From a virus (taxonomy: Duplodnaviria; Caudoviricetes): a DNA stretch of 28,405 nucleotides. Shown here piece by piece: positions 7,264 to 15,652 of this stretch. The notes under the pieces are model-generated. The model made no database searches. It was not told the DNA's origin and saw only the letters and a program-made list of their open reading frames with translations. The DNA lies in IMG/VR virus record IMGVR_UViG_3300044726_000052, positions 1 to 28,405 of that record; one strand, 5' to 3'. A program made the translations under genes and the position numbers. Numbering within the stretch: position 1 is the stretch's first letter; the number at the start of each line of letters is the position of its first letter.

Positions 7264-9639
7264 ATGCACCTCACGGTGTGGACGAAGTCGAGTCCCCAGA
7301 AAACCCTTCACAGTTTGTCGCCCGTCCTGAAGACGGTGCCGGGCCTGCCGGTGACCGTCGTCAGTGACTACACGGTGCCGCCGGAGACCACCACCCTGCT
7401 GGCCTTGGGGTCGGACTCCCTGAAGTACCTGCAAGAGGCCAAGGTCGTCGCCAAGAACCGGACGGTGACCTCGCTCCGCACGACCCCGTGGCACCTGCTG
7501 AACATCCCGTTGCTCGTCAGCTACAGCCCCGACATCTGGGAGATTGACCACGGCTACTACGTGGACCTGCTGACCGACACCGGACTGGCGGCCCGCCATG
7601 CGGTGACCGGCTCGTGGTTGCCGAAGTATGGCCAGTACCGCTACGTCCCGGACTTTGCGGACCTCTGCAAGGCTGTCGAGGCCCAGCATGCGTTTCTGGA
7701 GGAGCCCGTAGACTTGTCGTTCGATCTGGAGACGCTGGGGCTCGACCCCTACGCCACGCCGACCATCTTCCCGCCGTTCCCCGGCGGGTATATCGTGACC
7801 ATGCAAGCCAGCCATCTCAAGGGCACGGCTGACGTGGTGCGGTTCAAGCACCGGCACGATGAGACGGTCTGCCTGTCCGATCCGGTGTTCCTCGATCAAC
7901 TGGAATTCCTGCTGAACAGTCCGAAAGTGCGGGTGAAGGGTGCCGACTTCAAATTCGATCAACACTGGCTCTGGGTCCGTGCAAGAAAACGGGCCAAAAG
8001 TTTCACGTTTGACACGGCGCTGGTGGGATCGTTGCTTGATGAAAATCGCAGCAATGGTCTCGATCTCCATGCCAAAGTCTACGTCCCCGCACTCGCCGGG
8101 TACTCTGATGAGTTCGATGCCACCGTCGATAAAAGCCGGATGGACAAGGTCCCGCCCGACAAACTCCTACCCTACGCGGGCGGGGACGTCGATGCCGACC
8201 TCCAAGTGGCCGAGGCCCAGAAAAAAGAACTCCTCGCGGACCCGAAGCTCGCCGCGTTCTACGTGAACATCCTCCACCCCGCCGCCCACGCCTTCGCCGC
8301 GCTGGAGCAGGGTGGGGTGGTCGTGGACCTCAATGCCTACAAAGCCCTCAAGGCCGATCTGGAAGTGGAACACCTTCGGCTGGTCAAGGAAGCGAGCAAA
8401 ATTGTCGGCGGCCGGGTGGTGGCCAAGCACATGGACCTCGGCAAGCTCGGGGGCATGAACCTGACCAAGGCGTCGATGCTGATCGACTTCCTGTTCGGGC
8501 CGATGGGCCTGAAGCTCAAGCCCAAGATGTTCACTGAGAAGCCCGACAAGGACGGCATCAAACGCCCCTCCACCGCCATGGAGCATCTGGAGATGTTCGC
8601 GGACGTGCCCGAGGCCAAGGAGTTCATCGGCATCATCCGCGAAGATAGCAGCGTGATGAAGACCTACGACACCTACGTCGTGGGGTTCCTAGAACACCTC
8701 CGCAGTGACGGCCGGTTCCACCCGACCTACTTCCTGTTCGTCGGGGACAAGATGCTGAACCAAGGCGGGGCCAAGACCGGGCGGCTCTCCGCCAAAGGCC
8801 CGGCGTGGCAGACCATCCCCAAGCACACTAAGTGGGCCAAGCGCATCCGGCGGTGTTTCCCGGCCCCACCGGGCTACGTGGTGGTCGAACGCGACTACAG
8901 CCAAGGGGAACTGCGGGTCGCTGCCTGCATCGCCCACGAAGCCAACATGATTGCCGCCTACAAGGCCGGGCGTGACCTCCACGCGGAGACCGCCGGGCCC
9001 TTCAGGGGGTACGACTACGCCGCCATGATGGCCCTCAAGCAGGCCAACGTGGAGTTGTTTGACGCCATCCGCCAGTTGGGCAAGGCGGGCAACTTCGGAT
9101 TGCTGTTCGGCATGGGGGCCGAGGGGTTCATGGCCTACGCCGCACAGAACTACGGCGTGGCTTTGACGCTGGAGGAGGCGACGGCGTTCCGGGACGGCTT
9201 CTTCAAGAAGTATCCCGGCCTGCTCGTCTACCATGACACCTACAAGGCGCTGGCGAAGCGGGACCGCATGGTGCGGACGCCGCTGGGGCGCATCCGTCAT
9301 CTGCCGCTCATCAAGAGTCCCAATCAGGAAGTTCGCGCCAAGGCCGAGCGGCAAGCCATCAATTCGCCCGTGCAGGGAACGCTCACGGACATGACCTGCT
9401 GGAGTCTGGCGCTGGAATACCGCGAAGGGCTACACGACATCGCCCCGGCCTTCGGCTCGACGCATGACTCGATGTCCAACTACGTGCCCGAGGATCAAGT
9501 GGACGTCATCGTGCCGAAGCAGTTGGCCATCATGACGAACCTACCCTTCCACAAGGTGGGGTGGGCACCGCAACTCACGTTCGTGGCCGACGCCAAGGTC
9601 GGGCCGAACCTCGCAGACCTGAAGGCGTGGGGCTCTTGA
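7264..9639 (+). CDS. polA: Family A DNA polymerase with 3'-5' exonuclease and a degenerate N-terminal UDG-like region
   Basis: Exo motifs FDLET, FKFD, FDT and YAGGD. Polymerase motifs TGRLS, A (DYSQGELRV), B (RQLGKAGNFGLLFG) and C (THDS). GGAG precedes ATG 7264. Confidence 0.95.
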   Translation: MHLTVWTKSSPQKTLHSLSPVLKTVPGLPVTVVSDYTVPPETTTLLALGSDSLKYLQEAKVVAKNRTVTSLRTTPWHLLNIPLLVSYSPDIWEIDHGYYVDLLTDTGLAARHAVTGSWLPKYGQYRYVPDFADLCKAVEAQHAFLEEPVDLSFDLETLGLDPYATPTIFPPFPGGYIVTMQASHLKGTADVVRFKHRHDETVCLSDPVFLDQLEFLLNSPKVRVKGADFKFDQHWLWVRARKRAKSFTFDTALVGSLLDENRSNGLDLHAKVYVPALAGYSDEFDATVDKSRMDKVPPDKLLPYAGGDVDADLQVAEAQKKELLADPKLAAFYVNILHPAAHAFAALEQGGVVVDLNAYKALKADLEVEHLRLVKEASKIVGGRVVAKHMDLGKLGGMNLTKASMLIDFLFGPMGLKLKPKMFTEKPDKDGIKRPSTAMEHLEMFADVPEAKEFIGIIREDSSVMKTYDTYVVGFLEHLRSDGRFHPTYFLFVGDKMLNQGGAKTGRLSAKGPAWQTIPKHTKWAKRIRRCFPAPPGYVVVERDYSQGELRVAACIAHEANMIAAYKAGRDLHAETAGPFRGYDYAAMMALKQANVELFDAIRQLGKAGNFGLLFGMGAEGFMAYAAQNYGVALTLEEATAFRDGFFKKYPGLLVYHDTYKALAKRDRMVRTPLGRIRHLPLIKSPNQEVRAKAERQAINSPVQGTLTDMTCWSLALEYREGLHDIAPAFGSTHDSMSNYVPEDQVDVIVPKQLAIMTNLPFHKVGWAPQLTFVADAKVGPNLADLKAWGS

Positions 9640-9665
9640 CAAAGTCATAACGCCTCTGCTAAGCT
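9636..9665 (+). promoter_or_regulatory. Sigma70-like promoter with extended -10
   Basis: TTGACA(9636-9641)-N18-TAAGCT(9660-9665). The -35 contains the polymerase stop codon. Confidence 0.65.
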
Positions 9666-9709
9666 AGGCACACTGGAACACCTCGTTCCGGCCAATGGAG
9701 TGATTCAGA

Positions 9710-11443
9710 ATGATTGACCCGAAGAATCTCCCGGCTCCCCCGACGACGGGTGTCACACGAGTGGTCACCCCGACGGGGGACCGCTACGTCTCGACCGTCA
9801 TCACCGACAAGCTGTTGGCCCGGCAACTGGTCATCAAGGACAATCACGGCGTCCTGAACGCGGAGTCTCTGCCGGAGTTGGAACGCTTCATCTCTGAGTA
9901 TGGGATGTGTGACTTCTGCTCCTCGTCCGAGGCCCCGCACACGCTCGTCATTCCTGACTTCACGATGACCGACGCGGTCGGCAGCCATATCGGGAACAGC
10001 ACGGGCGGCTGGGCCTGTTGCGACGAGTGCTACGCGCTCGTCAAGGCCGACCAACGTCAGGAACTCCTCGACCGCTCCCAGAAGTTACTGGGCGGCGGCA
10101 AGTATGGCGCGGGAGCCATCAAGATTCTGCACACGCAGTTCTGGGGCGTGTGGGACACGTTGCACGAAGCCGCCGGGGTAAGCTCCGTGCTGGTCGATTT
10201 CGTCAACGACAAGCTGGCGTCCTTCCCGCACCCGGACCCGCCTCCGGATGACCGGTCGCGTCGTCTGGCAGCCATCCAGCGGTTCACCGGGCTGACCACG
10301 GACGAGATGGCCGCGCTGATGCGTGGCGAACTCGCCTACCAGCAGGTCAGCCAGAAGTTGGTGGCGGCCAAGCGCCGGTTCAGTCCGACCGAGGCCACGA
10401 AGCTCCTTGAATCCATCATGCGGACCAACGCGCCGATGCCGCCGGGGCAAACCCCGCATTGGCAGGTGGCTTTGGACATGAAGTATGCCGCCATCAAACG
10501 GTTGCAAAAGGCGCTGGCCGCGACGAACCCCTCGGTGTTCTTCCCCGAGGCCGTGGATGTGAACGACCGGCAGGCCGTGCGGAAGATGGTGATGCAGGCG
10601 GAACAGATCACCGAGCTTCAGCACCTCGGCTACGCCGACGACATCAAGCACCTCACGCTCGCGGCCACCTACTCCTTCAACGCGGACACGATGGATGCCA
10701 TCCGGCTGGGCGCGAACTCCATCCCGCACGAGTCCCCGCTGTCGTCGGTCGAGACGCCCTATCAGACGGCCGGGTTCTTCTGGTTCGCGGAGCCGTTCCC
10801 CATCACCAGCAGCCCGGTGGTCAGCGACAAGACCAACGCGCTTCTGTGGGGCTGGGAAGATGGCAACACGCTGCGGCTGACGACCTTCGTCATCGAGAAC
10901 GGAGAACTCTCCCCCTCCACGAAGTGGGTCTGGCCCCGCCATCTGACGTTCCACGAGATGATCGGGCTGAACACGGCCGGGCACCGTCGGATGTATGGCC
11001 CCGGCGGAGAATACGCGCACCTTCCGTACCTCGTCGGTGAGGAGACCACGATGAAGTGCGTGGCCGAGATGAGCCTGTTCTTCCTTATGAGTTGCGTCTG
11101 GTTCAAACAACGGGTGCTCGTCAGTGCGCCGGGTCACGTCGAGCGTCATGCCCGGAAACGCTACCAGAAGGAACACAAGTTGAAGGAGCCGCCGACGGTG
11201 CAAGTGATTGCCCTGCGGCAGTCCACGAAGGCCCCCAAGGAGCCGGGCGACCCGATGCTGGAGCCGACCGAGCACCGGAGGTATGACAAGTGGCGCTGGG
11301 TCGTGGACGGCCACAACCGTCTGCAGCCGTGCGGCTCCGGCCTGAAGGACCGGAAGCTGATTTGGATCGCGCCCTTCGTGAAAGGACACGGTGATGCCCC
11401 GCTCAAGCCCAAAGCGACTAAGGTCTACGCTGTAATTAGATGA
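9710..11443 (+). CDS. Hypothetical phage protein with an N-terminal Cys cluster and a C-terminal VxGHxR...IWIxPxxKG motif
   Basis: CDFC...WACCDEC and RWVVDGHNRLQPCG...KLIWIAPFVKG. GGAGTG ribosome-binding site. Confidence 0.8.
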   Translation: MIDPKNLPAPPTTGVTRVVTPTGDRYVSTVITDKLLARQLVIKDNHGVLNAESLPELERFISEYGMCDFCSSSEAPHTLVIPDFTMTDAVGSHIGNSTGGWACCDECYALVKADQRQELLDRSQKLLGGGKYGAGAIKILHTQFWGVWDTLHEAAGVSSVLVDFVNDKLASFPHPDPPPDDRSRRLAAIQRFTGLTTDEMAALMRGELAYQQVSQKLVAAKRRFSPTEATKLLESIMRTNAPMPPGQTPHWQVALDMKYAAIKRLQKALAATNPSVFFPEAVDVNDRQAVRKMVMQAEQITELQHLGYADDIKHLTLAATYSFNADTMDAIRLGANSIPHESPLSSVETPYQTAGFFWFAEPFPITSSPVVSDKTNALLWGWEDGNTLRLTTFVIENGELSPSTKWVWPRHLTFHEMIGLNTAGHRRMYGPGGEYAHLPYLVGEETTMKCVAEMSLFFLMSCVWFKQRVLVSAPGHVERHARKRYQKEHKLKEPPTVQVIALRQSTKAPKEPGDPMLEPTEHRRYDKWRWVVDGHNRLQPCGSGLKDRKLIWIAPFVKGHGDAPLKPKATKVYAVIR

Positions 11444-11455
11444 CAAGGAGATGCG

Positions 11456-11638
11456 ATGACGACGCCGCGACTCGACGTTCGGAAGTGGGTGGTGATTGCC
11501 ACGGATGGTTCGCGTTTGTTCTGGTCGGTCACCATTGGCTGGGTGAATCTGGCCGACGCCACGCAGTTTGATGCCGAGCACTTGCTCACGATGAACCTTC
11601 CGGTCGGCGGGGCGTGGATGCCCATGTCGAATGTCTAG
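11456..11638 (+). CDS. Small hypothetical protein (60 aa)
   Basis: AAGGAG precedes ATG 11456. Confidence 0.55.
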   Translation: MTTPRLDVRKWVVIATDGSRLFWSVTIGWVNLADATQFDAEHLLTMNLPVGGAWMPMSNV

Positions 11639-11906
11639 GGAGACGCGCTACCAGCGGATGGTTCGGACGCGGATGCTCCTGCTCGACGTGCTGGCCATTC
11701 TCGATGGCGAAATCGAGACGCAACTGCAGCGCCGACATAGCCAGTTGCAGAATTACGAGAAACGCAAAGCCCGTGGGCAGTGTGCGGCCAAGGCGTCGTG
11801 CAAGTTCACGGTCGTGCCGGGCTACACCTGTTGTGCCTACCATCTTCGCAAGAGCGCCGAGGCCACGGCCCGCCACAAGCGATTGAGTGGAGCCGCTGTT
11901 ATCTGA
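11631..11906 (+). CDS. Small basic protein with a Cys/His cluster (possible Zn finger)
   Basis: Overlaps the upstream stop. Contains CAAKASC...TCCAYH. Confidence 0.55.
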   Translation: MSRETRYQRMVRTRMLLLDVLAILDGEIETQLQRRHSQLQNYEKRKARGQCAAKASCKFTVVPGYTCCAYHLRKSAEATARHKRLSGAAVI

Positions 11907-11978
11907 CAAACTTTCCCACGAGGGGAACGCCGGGGTCGAGATGCACGGCATCCCGGCCGTGGGCCGCGTTTGGCAAGA

Positions 11979-12007
11979 TTGCAATTGGTTGCCAGACTGG
12001 GTACACT
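11979..12007 (+). promoter_or_regulatory. Probable portal operon promoter overlapped by a GCAA-N4-TTGC palindrome
   Basis: TTGCAA(11979-11984)-N17-TACACT(12002-12007), with GCAATTGGTTGC at 11981-11992. Confidence 0.55.
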
Positions 12008-12056
12008 CTGGGCTCCCCCGACTGACCAGTTATTTGTTACGTGGGCAGGAGCCATC

Positions 12057-13922
12057 ATGGCGTTGAAAGTCACTCCGGGCACGCTGAGCAAACTAGAAAA
12101 GCCCCAGCGGTCCACGATCACCTTCATCCAACAGGTGATTAAGGGCGAGACATATTTGGTGATGGCGCAATCGAAGGTGGAGTTGGAGGACGAGTTCTCC
12201 CACCTCTACTTCACGACGACCGCCCCGCAGAACCTGTTCCTCCAGCCGCCCTTTGACCCGAACGTCCTGCTGAACCTCGTCCAGACGAACAACATCCTGA
12301 ACCAGTGCATCGAGGCGATGGAAGTCAACATCGACGGCACCGGTATCGAGTTCGAACCGCTGGAAGAAGGCGGGAAGGTCAGCCCCGAGGAAGAAAAAGC
12401 GGCCAAGCAGTTCTTCAACGAGCCCTACCCCAACATCTCGTTCGTCAGCCTCCGGCGCAAACTCCGCCGCCAGATGGAGTCCATCGGCTATGGCTTCATT
12501 GAAATCCTGCGGAACGTGGCCGACGATGTCGTGTCCATGCGGAACGTGGAGACGCCGCACATTCGCATGTGCAAACTCGACAAGCCCATCCGCGTGAAGA
12601 AGATGATCGAACGCGACGGCAAGGAAGTCGAGTTGGAACTGTGGGTGCGTGAGCGCCGGTTCGCCCAGATGGTGGGCCTGAAGGATCAGGTCTACTTCCG
12701 GGAGTTCGGGGCGACCCGACAATTGCACCGCACGACCGGCGAGTGGGAGGAAGACGGCAAGGCTGTCAAGCCCGAGGACCGGGCGTCGGAACTCCTGATT
12801 CTCGGCATCAACCCGGACATCACCACGCCCTACTTCCTCCCGCGCTGGATCAACAACCTCCCGTCGGTCATCGGCTCCCGCCATGCCGAAGAACAGAACC
12901 TCCAGTTCCTCGACGCCGGGGGACTCCCGCCCGCCATCGTGTTCGTGCAGGGCGGCACCATCATCAAGGACGCCTCTGACCAGTTGCGGATGTACCTGTC
13001 CGGCATGAACAAGAACAAGAACCGGGCGGTGGTCGTGGAAGTGCAGTCGTCCAGCGGTTCGCTGGATGCCTCCGGGAAGGTGGACGTCAAGGTCGAACGC
13101 TTCGGTTCTGCCGCCTCCAATGACTCGATGTTCCAGAAGTACGACGAGGCCACCGAGGAGCACGTTCGGACGGCTTTCCGCCTGCCGCCCCTGTTCCTCG
13201 GGAAAGCCGACGACTACAACTTCGCCACGGCCCGCACGGCCTACATGGTGGCGGAAGCCCAAGTCTTCGGCCCGGAGCGCACCGAGTTCGATGAGGTGAT
13301 GAACAAGACCATCATCAAAGCCATCGGCTGGGAAACGCTCCGCATGCGCTCCAAGCCCATCACCCTGAAGGACGTCGAGGCGCAGTTGCAGGGCTTGACG
13401 CTGGCGAAGGACGTGGCGACCCGCGAGACCTTCCTCAAGGAAGTCAATGCCATCACCGACCTGTCGCTCGACATGGCCGAGGTCCCGGCCCAAGGCGTGG
13501 GCGAGATGCACGAGCCGCTGGAGAACACCCCGACCGCCGACGAGATGGATTCCGGCAAGCTCCCGGCCGCCATGGCAGCGGTCCAACCGGCCATGAAGCC
13601 CGCGCCGGAACCGCCCGGCCCCGACAAGAACGACAAGGAGATGAAAGACCTCAAGGTCAAGGAGCAACGCGAAAAGCTCCGGCTCATCAAGGGCAAGAAG
13701 ACCGCCAACGAACTCATCGACTTGGTCCATGACTACGCGACGATGAAAGGGCTGGTGCAGAAGCGGGAGTTGACGCCCGAGACCCAACTCCTAGTCGAAG
13801 AAGCCGTGGACCATCTGGACAGCGAAGACCGGACGGCGTTCAACCGCCTGTTCGCGTCCTACGTGTTCGGCGGCGACGACCCGGACCTCCAGCAGATTGT
13901 TGAGTTCAACCGAGAGGCGTAG
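12057..13922 (+). CDS. Phage portal protein (PBSX/HK97-like, long form)
   Basis: AGGAG before ATG 12057. Motifs ESIGYGFIEILRN, YFLPRW, FLDAGGLPPAIVFVQGG, AFRLPPLFLG and YNFATA..A...F.PER. Confidence 0.88.
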   Translation: MALKVTPGTLSKLEKPQRSTITFIQQVIKGETYLVMAQSKVELEDEFSHLYFTTTAPQNLFLQPPFDPNVLLNLVQTNNILNQCIEAMEVNIDGTGIEFEPLEEGGKVSPEEEKAAKQFFNEPYPNISFVSLRRKLRRQMESIGYGFIEILRNVADDVVSMRNVETPHIRMCKLDKPIRVKKMIERDGKEVELELWVRERRFAQMVGLKDQVYFREFGATRQLHRTTGEWEEDGKAVKPEDRASELLILGINPDITTPYFLPRWINNLPSVIGSRHAEEQNLQFLDAGGLPPAIVFVQGGTIIKDASDQLRMYLSGMNKNKNRAVVVEVQSSSGSLDASGKVDVKVERFGSAASNDSMFQKYDEATEEHVRTAFRLPPLFLGKADDYNFATARTAYMVAEAQVFGPERTEFDEVMNKTIIKAIGWETLRMRSKPITLKDVEAQLQGLTLAKDVATRETFLKEVNAITDLSLDMAEVPAQGVGEMHEPLENTPTADEMDSGKLPAAMAAVQPAMKPAPEPPGPDKNDKEMKDLKVKEQREKLRLIKGKKTANELIDLVHDYATMKGLVQKRELTPETQLLVEEAVDHLDSEDRTAFNRLFASYVFGGDDPDLQQIVEFNREA

Positions 13923-13924
13923 GC

Positions 13925-15652
13925 ATGCCTCCGACGTTCGATCTTCGCACCTACGCCAAGCTGGAAGCCGCCTTGATCCGCCATCTGGTCAAGGACTGGA
14001 AGCAGCGGTCTGCCCCGATCTTCGCGGACATCGCCACGGCGTGTCGGAACCGGCAGTGGAACGAGGCCCGTCGGCGGGTGCCGGAACTCGACCTGCACGA
14101 GGTCGGCGCGGAGAACAAGGAGTGGATCAAGTACCATCTCCACTCGTTCGCGGTGTTCGGGGCCGGGTGTGTCGCTAAGCAGCGGCCCTCCTTTGTGGGT
14201 GTCGGCACCTTTGATACCACCCTCAATCAAGTCGCCCAGAACGTCGTCACCTATCTGGAACTCACCGCCACGAGTCAGGTGCAGACCCAAACATTGCAAC
14301 TGATTGCCGAAGACGAGGCCATGGCCACGGCCCCGGTGAAGGTGGCGTACGACCCCGCCCAACCCCGTGATGCGAGTGGAAAATGGACGGGCACGGCAAC
14401 ATTCACAGCAACCGAAGATATTCCCGAGTATCCGGGTCGGGAACTCTCGGATCATATTTCTAAGATTCAGGACGCACCTATCGTTCAGATTGAGACGTCA
14501 GAAGATCGTGTAGACGAGGGCACCGTTGCAGTCATGATGCGTGCCATGCAGGCCGGGGAAGGATTGCCTGCGTTAGTCGTGGAATTTTCTGGAGATACGC
14601 CGGACGGCACTGGGGATATGGTCACGGTGATTGATGGCCACAATCGCCTAAAAGCCGCAAAGCGATTGGGAATGTCTATCGTACCCGTGCGGGTGCGAGT
14701 GGCAGACGATGATTGGTCTACTGTGAAAGCGGCCGGGGGCATGGCTATTCGTGTGGCCACGGCCCAGTTGAAGGTGGCGAAAGACACCCGCTGGGATGAG
14801 TCGCAACATCCTCGCAACCCCGCCGGGTCAGACGCCGGAGGCGAGTTCACCACCGTCATCAAGGAGGGCATGCGGGCCTACGCCAAGAAGGATTCCGACC
14901 GCTTGAAGGCCCTCGGCGTCCCGCCCGACTGGACGGATGTTCAAGTCTCCATCAACCCAAACGCCGGGCTCCAAGCCACCGGCAAGGATGCCAAGGGCCG
15001 CACCCAGTACTGGTACAGCGCCGAGCACGACGAGAAAGCCGCCGCCGAGAAGTTCGAACGGGTCAAGGAGTTTGCCAGCGTGGCCGACAAGGTCAGCGCC
15101 CAGACCTTGAAGGATCTGGAGTCCGATGACCCCGAGGTCCGGGAGGCCGCCGCCGCGCTCTACGTCATCGAGAAGACCGCCTTCCGCATTGGGTCCAACG
15201 CCGAGACCAAGGCCGACAAGAAAGCCTACGGCGTCACGACGCTCCTCGGTAAGCATGTGCGGGTGCTGGAGGGCGGCCGGGTCTCGTTCCGGTTCCCCGG
15301 CAAGAGCGGCGTCCTGAACGCCAAGATCATCAAAGACCCGGTGCTCCACAAGATGATGTCGGAGCGCAAGGGCGGGTCGGACGCCCCGCTGTTCGACACT
15401 TCCGGCGACAAGGTCCGGGACTACATGGATCGCACCGCCCCCGGCTTTCACCCCAAGGACTACCGCACGCATCAGGGGACCGCCATCGCCCTGCTGGAAA
15501 TCGACAAGCGCAAGAAAGTCAAGACCGAAAAAGAGTTCAAGCACGCTCAGAAGATGGTAGCGAAGGTCGTGGCGGCCCACCTCGGCAACACGCCCACCGT
15601 CGCCATCGAGAGTTACATCAACCCGGCCGTGTGGGGGCGACTCCGTGCATAA
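13925..15652 (+). CDS. Polyvalent protein: helical N-terminus (putative MuF N-half), ParB/Srx domain and type IB DNA topoisomerase
   Basis: ParB: LPALVV...VIDGHNRLKAAKRLG. TopIB: VPPDWTDV..LQATGKDAKGRTQY, RIG, GKSG, KDYRT and LGNTPTVAIESYINP (Tyr codon at 15614). Peptide tags at 14348 and 14792. Confidence 0.85.
   Translation: MPPTFDLRTYAKLEAALIRHLVKDWKQRSAPIFADIATACRNRQWNEARRRVPELDLHEVGAENKEWIKYHLHSFAVFGAGCVAKQRPSFVGVGTFDTTLNQVAQNVVTYLELTATSQVQTQTLQLIAEDEAMATAPVKVAYDPAQPRDASGKWTGTATFTATEDIPEYPGRELSDHISKIQDAPIVQIETSEDRVDEGTVAVMMRAMQAGEGLPALVVEFSGDTPDGTGDMVTVIDGHNRLKAAKRLGMSIVPVRVRVADDDWSTVKAAGGMAIRVATAQLKVAKDTRWDESQHPRNPAGSDAGGEFTTVIKEGMRAYAKKDSDRLKALGVPPDWTDVQVSINPNAGLQATGKDAKGRTQYWYSAEHDEKAAAEKFERVKEFASVADKVSAQTLKDLESDDPEVREAAAALYVIEKTAFRIGSNAETKADKKAYGVTTLLGKHVRVLEGGRVSFRFPGKSGVLNAKIIKDPVLHKMMSERKGGSDAPLFDTSGDKVRDYMDRTAPGFHPKDYRTHQGTAIALLEIDKRKKVKTEKEFKHAQKMVAKVVAAHLGNTPTVAIESYINPAVWGRLRA

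Noticed and set aside
7264-9639. Intein or intron in the DNA polymerase
   Set aside because: Motif spacing is normal and there are no splicing signatures.
11970-12056. Longer portal start at TTG 11970
   Set aside because: It would overlap the predicted promoter, whereas ATG 12057 has an AGGAG ribosome-binding site.
4278-13787. Long minus-strand ORFs (e.g. 4278-5384, 5441-6409, 10085-11581, 12093-13787)
   Set aside because: They lie antisense to well-supported + strand genes and have no recognisable motifs. They are typical shadow ORFs of GC-rich coding DNA.
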